Below, one piece after another: positions 25,736 to 38,110 of a stretch of 64,000 nt of DNA; position 1 is the first letter of the stretch, and every line of letters starts with the position of its first letter. Source of the DNA: Vicugna vicugna. Its lineage: Eukaryota. The notes below the pieces were generated by a model. The model was not told the origin of the DNA, made no database searches, and saw nothing but the letters and a program-made list of their open reading frames with translations. The DNA is taken from NCBI GenBank assembly GCA_013265495.1, contig MU058844.1:2025520-2089519 (forward strand), written 5' to 3'. Both the position numbers and the translations under genes were made by a program.

Positions 25736-27114
25736 CACAAGGGTACCCTTTGTAGTAAAGACGGTTTCTTCTCTCATGTATTGTAATACAAGATATATGC
25801 TCCCTCTTGTGTGAGGAACAGATAAACTTAGAAATTTCTTGAAGCAAAGAAAGCAAACTAAACAGCTTTTCAAAGAATTTCTAAAGCAATTGTTCTTTGT
25901 ACTTTTAAGCCCTGGAAAATATATAGGAAAATTGGAATCGGAACCTGATGTTTCTCAAGTCACAGCACAATGGAAATAGTAATGAACATTCCATTTACTG
26001 GGTGGAACATATGGTCTAGATCAGTATGTGTCCAAGTCATGTAACTCACCTTTTATGTTCTGTAATATTAATCACTAAATTCACTTTTTAAAAAGTCAAA
26101 CAAAAATAAAAACCTCAGGTTGATATTTCTTAAAAGAATTCAAGTAAATAAATATATTTACAATAATGCTATCAGTGCATTATTTTCTTAAATAAAATAT
26201 TGAAGATGTCTACAAAAGAAATGAGTGAAAGGAAATAAAAGTTCTTATATCTAAGGCTCTCTTTCAAAACCTGTTATGATATCCTCAGCTGAGTAGTCAT
26301 AATAGCAATCCCTGAATGTTGCTCAACACCCCTTCAAACAGTGAAGCAGACGGTTTGGGGAAAGATGGATGGGAAGGTAATTCCTTTTTACTTTCTTGCT
26401 CTTTTCATTTCAGAGATGCTCTCGAATTCCCTTCAGCATATTTCTCTCTTCCTAAAGGGCTCCTACTTTTTATTTTATATGTAGGTGAATTCTTTCACAA
26501 TTAGACATTGTGCAGATTCACATTTTTATTAATTAAGCTAGTCTTTGAGAATCACTGTATTAGAAGAAGGAATTTAATATTTGAAAAACTCGTGGGACTC
26601 TAGCAAACACAATGTAGCACTTATTCAAACAAATATTGCATTTTGTCTTGATTTCAGTCTTTTTTTCCATTCATAAATTAAAATAAACAATCTCTAAGCT
26701 AACTCCTTTCCATGGCCACCCTCAAATAGACAAGTAACTGGAGGCTAATAAAGATAAACATGATAATAGACTCAACCTTTTAAAAAAAGAATTCATCCTA
26801 TTCAGTCAATTAGCCATCATTTTCTTTCAGTAGTAGTTTTGGGTTAAATAGGTTGGGAGGCATAAAGGGGACATTTTTAAGAACACAGGCTATTTCATGC
26901 TGGAGGCAAAACTGATTTCATATCTTTGATCAAGCATTTTCTGAATCCAGACCTTGGCATAATATTACTTACAATGTGATAAGAAAGGAAAATGAATTCT
27001 GATTGGACAGACTAGGAGAAGCCATTGTATGATTCATTAGTGGCTTCAGTAGTTGAAGTTAAGAAAGAACTAAAAAGTTCTGTTTTTCTGTGACTGAGAA
27101 TGGATGCCTTGAGA

Positions 27115-27131
27115 GGTTCAGAAAAAGTTCA
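27115..27131 (+). promoter_or_regulatory. Candidate DR5 retinoic-acid response element
   Basis: GGTTCA-gaaaa-AGTTCA: the same half-sites and spacing as the RARB2/Hoxa1 RARE (GGTTCA-ccgaa-AGTTCA), in apparently non-repeat DNA. The motif is certain; function is unproven. Confidence 0.45.
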
Positions 27132-27725
27132 CATTGCCCTTGAACAAATATGTTTTCCACATTTCATTGCCAGAATGGAGAGAAACAGAAGGGCCAGAAA
27201 TTAGTGAAAAATTCTGATCTCATTTTGTGTTTCTGGACTACCCTAGAGTAGGAAGTACCAAAATTCACCCTGGAGAGACTAATGCTTTTTTCCTGTTGTT
27301 TTTGCCAGAAGTCAAAAGTATTTTGCATAGCTCTACGCCTAAGCTAACAAGAGACTCTAAAATTTTAAATTTTTTTCAAGCTCTCAAACGCTGACATACT
27401 TTCATATATCCAGCTAAAGACTCAAATATTATTTTTAAAATTATATGGGAATGACAGGCTAACTGTGAAATGTTTTATTTATATTAGAATTAGTATTTCT
27501 TTTCCCCCAAGGAAAATTATGATAAAAAAGTATATTTTTATTTAGATATTAAAATACAACTCTTTCCTTGGTCATTAAGCAATATTTAATTTTCCCTGAA
27601 GTAAATTATGTTAACTTTTAAAATCTTTGCCTTACTATAGCACAAAATGCTGTGAAAACTAGACAGTCTGTGGAAAACTAAGCTGGGAGATGCTGAGACA
27701 GTTTTACATTTCCTAAATTTCAGGA

Positions 27726-27766
27726 TGTGTGTATGTATGTATGTATGTATGTACATACGTATATAT
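27726..27766. repeat. (GTAT)5 / TA microsatellite
   Basis: tgtgtgtatgtatgtatgtatgtatgtacatacgtatatat. Confidence 0.9.
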
Positions 27767-27939
27767 TCATTTACTCATAGTAGATCTTTTATTTCCCAGA
27801 TAATATTTTGAAATTAAATATCTATGGGCAATTTTCACCCATGGATTTCACATTGTATCTAGTTTGTTTCTCCATTACACTGGACACTTTAAAAGATTTT
27901 CAAGACACATAGAAAATGTCACTGTTGCTATGATTTAAG

Positions 27940-28150
27940 ATATAGGTGAAAAAATAATACTGATTGGGTTTCAAATTTCAGCTTTCCCACTAAATAAATG
28001 AATAGCTTTCAGCAAGTAACATGTCTTCTGACTCTCAGATTTCTTGCCATGAATATGGAATAATAATACACTTTTTGGATGTTATAATTAGTAAGTGAAG
28101 TAATCTGTAAAATACCCACCGCAGTATCAGACCCAAAGTATGTGATTCAG
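27940..28150 (+). mobile_element. MIR SINE
   Basis: 'gggtttcaaatttcagctttcccactaa...agcaagtaacatgtcttctgactctcagatttcttgccatgaatatggaataataatac...tgtaaaatacccaccgcagtatcagaccca'. Confidence 0.7.
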
Positions 28151-29429
28151 AAAGAGGTGCTTCCCTACTTCTCTTTCCTTACCTTTCCTTCCTACAACAT
28201 CTTTATTCTTGCTCTTCAAACATAATGGTGACAATAATGCTTATCTCATCAGCCCACTATGTCTGTATTGCTGGAACGCTGTCTTTTCCTCTGTGTTTGC
28301 AACCGCTGGGATGCTGTCTATCAGGGTCTAGTAAATATTTGTAGAATGAATGTTAAATGTTCTTTATGCATGTGGAAGCAGCTCAGAAGTCCAATTCCAA
28401 ACAATCACCCGTTATTCAGAACAGAATAACATCTTCCTTGCTATTCCAAGGTTGCTATTTCTAGGTAGACTTACAGTTAACACTTAAGTGTTCTTATGGT
28501 TGTTCTAAAAAGTAATCTTGACTACTGATAAGTTGCCTCCTAGGTGTAAACTCCACAATGTAAGGAATACTGCCTATTTTGTTCAGTAATATGTTACAAA
28601 TGTTAAATAAATGTTTAATAGTTAAATAAACTGAGATTAGTTAGTGAATAAATGAAGAGCTAAGGTATGCTGTAAGTGTTTGATTTTCAGTCCATAACTG
28701 TCCAGGCTGCTGTGTTATTTTGCTAGAAGTTTTACTTCAACTTTTGCCTGCAATTTACCTTACTCTATGGAGGCTTTTTGGAAATTCCAGTGCTCTCTAC
28801 TCAGGAGATGCACAGTCTGGTAGGTTTGTGCTAAAATACCCTTAATAGACAAAACCTCAAGACTACTGGCCAGCATTCAGGCTTGACATTTACCACCTAG
28901 TGGAACTCCAAAGTCATATTAATGGAAATATCCAATGTAGTTTAAATCCCCAAACCTAGTCCTTTAAAAGATCAGACAGATTCCTGCAGTTATATTTAAA
29001 TGTTAGACAAATAATGATTAGCTAACTACCTACAAAGAGGCAGCCACTATGTGTGCTTCTTATATTAATTTTTTCAACAACCTTAATAGTATGTTTATTA
29101 TCAAGTATATAAGGTAGAATTCCAACCACCAATAATGATCACCAATAAGAGAAATACATATTGACTTTTGAGACTACAGTGTCTATCTCCCAGATCCTAT
29201 GAAGACATTTAGAAATAGATCAAATATTTTTCTTTATTGGTTATAGAATAATGATTGGTGTTTATGGCTGGTAGCAGGTTTTTAATTATATTACTAACTA
29301 TAAACGTGGTCTATTAATTGCATTCTTCTGAAGTAGCCTATCATGACATCTCATTTTCCAGTATGGTTAGTTAAAAAGTGTGTGAAAGAGTCCCTAATCA
29401 ATGAATGCATATTTTATCTAGTTGGAAAT

Positions 29430-29830
29430 TATATATACCCATTATAGAAGAGGTAGACAATAAAGGAGAAAATAAGCAGAAAAATATCATAATATAATCA
29501 TTGATAACTACTAGCTACAGTCAACCACTATTAACATTTTAACCTTTTTCTATAATTATATATATGTGATATATACACACATATATACATATGATTAACA
29601 TCATATTGTATATATTTATTTTTGTATCTTTCTTTTATTTAACATCATAGAGTAGCAAGAGTCACAGTATTTTCTAATGTCATTGAAACTTCTATAAAAT
29701 ATTCTCATTACATGTATAATATTCTATTGAGTAGATTTATCATAATTTACTCTACCCAAACCCTGCTATTGAAAATGTTTGTTATTCCCAATTTCTACTA
29801 AATATTATAAATGACATTAAAAATATCTTT
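29430..29830 (-). mobile_element. Ancient L1ME 3' fragment
   Basis: 'aaccactattaacattttaa', 'tataatattctattgagtagatttatcataatttac...cctgctattgaaaatgtttgttattcccaatttc'. Confidence 0.65.
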
Positions 29831-31553
29831 GAATTAAAGAGCTTCTCCCTACTTGCTATCAAGTAGAAGATCATCTACATAACATATATATTTCTAGATG
29901 CCTTCTTCCAGAATATCTGGTTACTCTCATCTCCTACTGAGTTAAAATCATGCCAGTAAACTTATTTTGCAAGGTCCGTGGTGCAGCATAAAGAATACTA
30001 TATAGAAGAGATAAAAGGACACAGTTTCTATTATAAATTGTGCTTTACTGCATTGGCATTGAGTAATAAAATGAACAAAGACAGCATGTATTTTGGATTA
30101 GGCAAGGTAGAAATGACTAGTACCAAACCTGCAGAGCTTGGCAGAGCAAAAATCATTGAGGGACAGATTTTAATATTCTTCCAGTTTTCATTATTTCAAT
30201 TCCCATCTCTTCAGATCTGTTATTTTACTTCCCTGCTGTTTATTTGATGTATGACAGTATATACACATACAACTTTTTTCTTTATTGAACTAAAAAGGAG
30301 TTAACGTGATTTACTTGATTTACATCTTTTACTGCATTATTCCAAGGTAACTGAGAATGCAGTGATTTTGTCAGTACCAGATTAAAACATCAAGAATATT
30401 TTTAAAAAACTCGATATCCAGACTTCCTCCATAGTATTATAGGTTTCCCTCTACAAATTCCAGTGAGGTTTTCCTAGAACGATATTTTAACTGACAACAT
30501 TGATTCTCTATCAAATTGTCTGATAAATTATTCCAGATAATTTCTTCTAGTTCATAAGTTTGGCAGATCCATTAAACTGTATTCCAAATCATGAATTTTT
30601 ATTTTAAATAAATTATTAAAACATGATTATATGGAGCAGTTGAAATTTCATCAATGATAATCAAAATTTTATTTCCTTTCAAACGTTTGCCCCAAAAAAA
30701 CGTATTTTCTTAGTCTGTAGATGCATGTTCTGCAATAAATGGGACCATGAATCCAGGCTGTGATGACACATTTGTTGATATGATTCTTTTTAACTTTATA
30801 ATTGATAATAGAAAACATTCTGATGATGTCATTTTTTTTAAATTTATTTTTTTAACACTGATAAAATGTTTTGGTAATTTTATTATTTTTATTGATTTAT
30901 TTTGTAAAACTATTTCAGAATTTTTAAAAAATGATTTCCTCATTGATGACTGCATGTTTTCTTTATTTTTTTCTTGAACTCTCATGAAGCATGGTTGAAT
31001 TCTGGTTAAATATGTATTTAACATTTTCACCCTTAACAATATGAATTAAGAATATCATTGCACCCACCCAACATTTTTAACACTCATATCAGAAGCCATC
31101 TCTCTCTATATATATTTCTTTTTGTTTAAGTAATCAGAAATTCTACATTATCTTAGAAATACAAGTAATTTGTATACTATCTTGTACTAATTCATGCAAA
31201 GTTATCAGTGTCTTAGACTTTTTCATTTTTGCACAGGATTAAAAAGTATGTCAGACTGGAGTTTATTATTAATAAATTTCTGAGTTTTTGAAGATTCAGA
31301 AGATTAAATCCTATTAACTTAAGAAATAGGTTAAAAATTTATAACAACATTTTTGTCTTTATATTCTGGCTGTTTGTTTCTGGTACTTCTTATAAAAACT
31401 TAAATTTATTAATAATATACTACTCCACATTTCCTACTTAATGGAGCATTACAAAACACTAGCTATATACTCTTTAGAAGCTGGTGCAACTACATATGCC
31501 CAAGATAATTGTAATAAACTAGTGTTTATCTCAAGGCCAAAATATTTCATGTG

Positions 31554-31687
31554 TAGGCTGACAGAATTATTTCTCATTCAGACTGGGACACTTTTGATTG
31601 TGAAAGTGGATACTGTTAATAATTTTTCCAGGACAACATGCATATACCAGGACTGCCTCCAGCAAAGCAGGACGTGTGTTGACTGTA
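31554..31687. mobile_element. MER94-like hAT-Blackjack MITE
   Basis: 134 bp; 'taggctgac...actgggacacttttgattgtgaaagtggatactgttaataat...ccaggacaaca...ccaggactgcctccagcaaagcaggacgtgtgttgactgta', with decayed TAGGGTGACC TIRs. Confidence 0.75.
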
Positions 31688-32590
31688 CTCGTAATGAACA
31701 CATACCATAGCGGCTCATCTAACTTGACATGAAATAAGTGGAGTTTACATTAGAATTTGTATGAATGATTGTTCTGCTCTTCCCCAACAGACAGAAATAT
31801 TTTGATTGTAACAACAGGTCCAGCATACAGGCACACACTAGGAATTGTACTTGATGTGACTCTTCCTTCACAAATTGGACATGTAAGAAACGACATATCA
31901 CATTTTCCCTTTTAAATCATAGTAAATTTGTGGCTCTGTCCCTTAGAGCCAGGAAAAACTTAAGTTTAAGTAATTAATTTATTCCGTTTCCTACTGAGAT
32001 TATTCAAGCTCCAAAGGCCTTTTGTCCAAACTGGGTTACCATTTAGACATCCATTGTCCACGATCTCAAAGTATCTTGCTAGGCAGCAACACGATATTTC
32101 TGTGTGTCCTTTGCAGAGGATAATTTGACTGGGCTGGAAGTCCTACGCTGCCTCCCTCAATGTGTCTTCCTCCCATTTCCCTAGTGCTTCAAGGCTCACT
32201 GAACCAGTGAACCTCTAGCCCCTACTTTGGAATGAGGCAAACTTGTCTTCCCTTTGACTGCTTCTCCCTCTCTCCTCTCTCATCCCTATAATTTTATTTT
32301 CAAGTAGCTTAAATTTTCTAAAAAAGAAAGAGAGGAAGTCAAATTTGAGGCAGAGTACACTTCTCAGACTTTGCTGGGGTAAAGGAGTCCAAAGTGTCTG
32401 CCTGCCTTCTTCAAATAGAGGGAAGACAGAACAAGAACAAAATGTGAATTGCTATCTCAGCAGATTAACCTGTGACTCTACTGTGACACTCATCAGTAAT
32501 TCAGAGCTAAGCAGAGTGTCTCTCCAGATACTACATCTCTTCTCTGACCTACAAGAAAGCCCACAGTTAATCTGAAATGGTGAACGTTTG

Positions 32591-32604
32591 TGACCTTTTG
32601 ACCT
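32591..32604 (-). promoter_or_regulatory. Candidate DR2 nuclear-receptor element
   Basis: TGACCT-tt-TGACCT (AGGTCA-aa-AGGTCA on minus), with a third degenerate half-site TGAACG at 32581-32586 (DR4 spacing). Confidence 0.4.
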
Positions 32605-33034
32605 TTTGTATGCCTGGGGAAAAGGAAGGGAGAAAGGACTCCTGAGGTGCAAAATAAAAAAGGAAACAGACCAGTGACATCTCAGGCCCAATCGCTTGAT
32701 GTGGAAGATGTTGGCAATGGAAAGGCAAACTCTTCTTTTTTCGCCCACATGACCACAACCAACATAGCATTTCAACATCATTTTCAAGTTTAAACCTCTA
32801 CTTAGCATAGTTTAGCATATGCTGTTTTGGATAAACTAAACCCCAATAATGTATACTTCTCCCAGGGCCAAGAACAACTTCATATTCCAAAAGAACAAAA
32901 AGAGAGACAGATAAAATGAATGAATCTGTAGTTGGGGATACTTGCGGACATGTCAAGAGTTCCACTGACCCATTGTTAGTGAAAAAACTCTGTTTTGGGT
33001 ACAAAATTTTAATATTTATCCATATCCCACAGAT

Positions 33035-33063
33035 ACACACACACACACACACACATATATATA
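33035..33063. repeat. (AC)10(AT)4 microsatellite
   Basis: Directly visible in the sequence. Confidence 0.95.
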
Positions 33064-34719
33064 ATCTCAATCTCCTTGAACATTAGTGAGGAACAACAAA
33101 ATAAAACAGTGTTTCTTCAAGTGAATATTATAATTGGAATTTTATATAGCTCTTTAGTGCTCTAATATCTGCATTTAAATGCTTAATTTCATGTTTTCCT
33201 TCTCATTCATTGTTTATTATTCAGATATTCTCTTAAAATTATATTATTCTTAGAAAAAATGGTGTAAGAATATGAGAATAATTTTTTGTATATTTATACT
33301 TACTTCTTTGGATGTGTATTTCCCTCTAAAAATGTAATCCCATTTATTCACATTTACACAAGAAATTTGACAAAACCTTAGCTAGTTCCATAAATCTCAC
33401 AGTTGGACACAAATCATGTAACAAAATATGGCATCTTCGTTGCTCCATATTTAGTTCACACCTATAAGAAACGCGAGTATATATTAGCTTTATGTTATTT
33501 TAACAGAATTAGATTAGGGGTGATTGCTATCCTCAAACATTTAATAGTGCAATAGGTAAACAAGGCCAATGAGTACTGATATGTCAAGAGTTGGGGGGGT
33601 GTGTGTTTGTAGCTTTGATTATATGATTAATTGCATAATATATTTAGCTTAACTGACTAACTCCTTCAAGTTGAATGAATTCAGATGGAATGTTTTGGTA
33701 GGTTGTCTTGCACGATCATACAGAAATTAAGGATGATGTACTTAATAGAATAAAATTTCACTAAGACTTAAATGTCAAGAAAGGAATGATTTGGGACCCA
33801 AGGCATGATATATTAAAAGTTATTAAAAAAGTTTGTCAGTGATGGAAAGAAGTTAGTATTAGAAAAACAAAACAAATCCAACCCCCCCCCCAAAAAAAAC
33901 CATGAAGTCAGTCAGTCAATGTCAAGTATTAGGAGTCTAATGATAAAAAGACTTTAAGTTGAGTGAAGTCAAGATGATAAAATAGTAAGAGCTCAAAGGA
34001 GATGTTAAAAGGGTTTGGGGTTACTGGATTTCTTCAGTAAAATGGTTGTCACAGATTATTGTAAGAGATCTATAAAATATTGAAACTAAAAGGGACAGGG
34101 AGCTATGTTTTCAAATTAAAAAAGGGAGCACCGAGTTTGAGACACCAGTGTTTTCACAGAAAGTCATAGGCAGAAGGAATGCAGACTTCCCAACTCTCAG
34201 TTACCTCCAAATATTTCAGTAAGAGAGGAATTGGAAAAGTAAAGCAGAACTTTCTGGAATGTTGAACAGATCTTCCAGCTGTGAGGCTATGAGCCATTGT
34301 GTGTGGAACTTTACTTTTTAGTTATAATAACAGGTAAATTTCCCAATAGAAAATTGTTAACTCTGAGTAGATGGTCCCTGGGCCCATTTACATTTACCTG
34401 AGGCCATCCAATTTCCCCTCTGACCAGATGGACACAGATTTGTAGACAGCCGTGGCCCATGTGGTGTGGCCCAGAGCCTTTCCTGCCTCCTGTGTCACTG
34501 CTCCTCTCCAGCAGAATTTGGACTAAGACACAAAAGTGTAATCTTCCAAGTTTCATGCTTTTCTTCTCCCAGGCAAGAAACCAGAAAGGAATTCTTGAAC
34601 CATTTAATCAGCAAGTTTTTATTGATTCCCCTGCTTATTCTAATGCTTGTGGCATCCTCCGTTATATTATAGCTTCATTTTTAAACCAACTTTTGGAATC
34701 CTAGACTTCCAACTGCCCC

Positions 34720-35230
34720 ATACTACTTCTGATTTATTTCAAGGGTAAAGCTGACTGCTGGATTTGGCCATTCTGATCACATCTCTGACTAAAACTCTTC
34801 AAAGATTCCCACTGGTTATAGCCTCAAGTTCTGATTACTTAGGCCTCACTGATCTGGACCTCATTTTTTTCTTTAATTCAGTATCTAGCCACACTCTCCT
34901 ATAACCTAGTTTTTTTCAGTTTATTTACAAATCCCCAAAGCACCTGTGTCTCTTCATAATCTCAATGTTTATTATATCAATTATACTATTTGTCTGTCTC
35001 TCATTAGGGGCAGAAGCTTTATCTTATTTTTTTCAGTGTTGCTTAGTGCAGGGAGCATGGCTTACATATGTGCCTCTATTACACCGATTACCACATTTTT
35101 TTCTGAAAAGTGTTTCTGAATTCTTGGAAGGATGGTGTTGTTCTGTGTCACTCTGCATTCTCAGAACTGAACCCAGTATCAACTACATGGAAATAGTATA
35201 ACTGCTGCATGTACAAATGGATAAATGAAC
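34720..35230 (+). mobile_element. L2 3' region fragments
   Basis: 'ctgatcacatctctgactaaaactcttcaaagattcccactggttatag', 'ttcttggaaggatggtgttgttctgtgtcactctgcattctcagaactgaacccagtatcaactacatgg...aaatggataaatgaa'. Confidence 0.6.
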
Positions 35231-37245
35231 ATTAGACTGGCCCATCACTATTGCTCAAGCACTCTTACAACTACTCATCTGCTCATAGACTTTGACCCTT
35301 TCTCTTCACCTAGTAAAATCCTATTCAGCAAGTTTTTGTCACATGCCTGGTGAATTTTAGCTACCCGAAAAAAACAGGTGTTAAAAAATGAATTAAAACT
35401 TTTCTCAAGTCAGATTCAACTTTCTTCACATAGTGTGCCTTGACCTCCATCTAGAAGTAACTTTTCCCTACCCTGAGCCCCCAGAGATTATTTTTGAGGA
35501 GGTCTGTTTGGCAACATTGTGCATCTCTTCTATATTTGTTAGAAATTATTTAAATATTTTGTTATTATTTTAGAACAATAATTATATCTTGTTTCCTTGA
35601 TTAATCCTTAAGATTTTGAGTTCTTAATGATGATTCCCTACGTTATCTAACTTTGACTCTCCCCCATACTGTGTTCAATAACATATCTGAAAGGCAAGAC
35701 AGAAGAAAAAGACACGGTATTAGTCTCAGGTTGATGGTGACAATGAAAGTTGAGGGGTGGAATCACACATGCTTTCATTTAGCTACAGAGCAATTATTAA
35801 GGATAAAATGAAGAAATACCAGATAATATGGTGAAATCCATATATCTAAAGTGCTGAGGGAGTATAAAACATATAATTGATTGGGGAAGTGAGAAAGAAT
35901 TTGGCAAGTTTCCAATGAGAAAGTGAGTTTGGAACATTCTCTTGAATCAGGATTACTGAAAAAATATGAAGAGGGAATTTCACAAGGGTTAAGGGCCCAA
36001 GGGGAAAAGGTTATCAGGAGAATTAAAGGGAAGGACAGGCTAAAGTGTTTTGCTCTAATCAGAGAAGCCATATTACAAATTAACAATATATGGGGTCAGA
36101 TAGATAGTAATGAACATTCAATGGAACAATTTTATTAAAAAGTTTTAGGAGTTGAGAGAGCCTTGATTATTTTCCAGTAACTAGTTCATCTATCTCAATG
36201 GTTAAAATACTGCTAGGGTCCTGGAGGTCTCTGCCACATTTTTTGACATTGCTGTAAGCTTAAGCCTAAAACTTGGGTGTAGCATGGACAATATGACTCA
36301 GTAAGGCAAAGTGAAAAACCACGGAAGCAAATAAACTTGATACTTTTAAACATTACTTTTAGTCTTTTGTAAAGAACAGCAGAATCAGGTGTCTGAAGCC
36401 ATCATCCAGACATTGGAAGATAACAAAGAAGTTTAGAGTTTTTCACCCCTCTTAGTTGGATTCTTATAAACATGCTTCATTAAATGAATGTATTCTCTTA
36501 TTTGTCCTCAAGTCTTATGAAATATACCAAAAATCTCCCAGGCAATATGAACTTACAGAAAACAGAAAAATATGTTCCACTGGATCCTGATAAGCATCCA
36601 CCAAGGAAAAGACACTGCAATAAAATGGATACTGCTTTATTCATTTCATTAGCCCTTTAAAGAACTCCCACCACAGCAATCCTTATTTTAAGCACATTCT
36701 GGTTTTCATGAAGTGAAGGATTGAATGAAGATGTTAGCCACCAAAACCCTTTCTCCTGCTTGTATAAGGAAAGACAAGCCTTTGCCAAATAGCTTTGGTT
36801 TAGGGGACACCCATCGCAGTCCACATCTGCTTGAGTAGCTATTTATGCGAGATGGAAAATGGAAACTTAATCTCATTTAGTGGCTGAGAGCATGGACTGT
36901 TAGTACTCAGTGAAAGTTAAAAGCCATCAGAGCTGGAAAGAATTTAGGCTGGCAATGGTAGACAAATGTGTATATTTAGTAATATAAAGAAGCCATGAAG
37001 AATGACCACTTGGAATCTGTAAAAGTCAATCAAGTCTTTGTCATATGTGGGGCAGGGAGAAATTGTGTGCCAACTGTTCTGTGACAATGCGCTGAAACAT
37101 GAAACACTCTGACTTTTTAAAATTTAAGCGCACAAATAGCACTCAGGAATGTTGTGCCATAACCCAGATGCGATGAAGTCCCTGGCTGAAAACAATGTAT
37201 AGACAAAACAGTAACTAAAATAACAATAATAATAATAAAAACAAT

Positions 37246-37388
37246 TAGCTGACAGCGAAAAAAAAATGTGACAATGAATATATGTATGTTCATGTATAAC
37301 TGAAAAATTTTGCTCTACACTGGAATTTGACACAACATTGTAAAGTGACTATAACTCAATAACAAATGTTAAAAAAATAAAATAAAAT
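37246..37388 (+). mobile_element. Young 5'-truncated L1 3' end (camelid-type)
   Basis: 'tagctgacagcgaaaaaaaaatgtgacaatgaatatatgtatgttcatgtataactgaaaaattttgctctacactggaatttgacacaacattgtaaagtgactataactcaataa' followed by an A-rich tail. Confidence 0.85.
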
Positions 37389-37659
37389 ATCGAGATAATC
37401 TTCTTAATTATCCTAAATCTATTTTAACCTCAAAAAAGGAAACTAACCAAAAACCGATAGCACATTCATTTCACAAAACCTTGCTAAGCCAGAGAAAATG
37501 AACTTTCATACTTAAAGTAACAGCCGTATAGAAAGAGTGGCCACAAATATGCAAAGAACTTTCCTTCCACAAAGTCATTTTTTTCATATATTATCTCAGT
37601 TATTCATACAATGGATATTATGTCCTCCAACATAGTGCCTCATTATTTTTAATGCAATT

Positions 37660-38110
37660 TATCATGGCTTTATTTTGAAAATGAGATAAATACACAGAAC
37701 CCTTTAAATTCTCCTATCCTCTTCCTAGTTATATTGTCCTTTTCCTCTTGCAGGGTATCTGTATCATCAGGAACTTGATATGTATGTTTCCTTTCCTTTC
37801 AAAAATATTGCTGCACACATCCATATGTGTTCATGAATGTTGTATTGTTAATAGCATCATACTATATATTTTCTGCCACCTTTTTAAACTCAAATTATAT
37901 TTTAAAGTCTTTTTTTTTCAATCTAGTACTATGTGCCATTTAACAGCTAGGCAGCATTGCACCATATTGACATAATACATATTATTTTCCTCTAATGAAA
38001 TTTGGCCTATTTCCATTATTCTCCATCATTATAAATAGCACTACAGACATCCTAGCATATATCCTGTGTTAATGAAGCACAGTATTTTCTAAGCATTTTG
38101 CTGCATAATC
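37660..38110 (-). mobile_element. Ancient L1ME 3' fragment
   Basis: 'aatagcatcatactatatattttctgccaccttttt', 'catttaacagctaggcagcattgcaccata', 'attataaatagcactacagacatcctagcatatatcc'. Confidence 0.6.

Noticed and set aside
30710..31039. 109-aa Lys/Ile-rich ORF
   Set aside because: Low-complexity AT-rich sequence, possibly very old L1ME; no domain signal.
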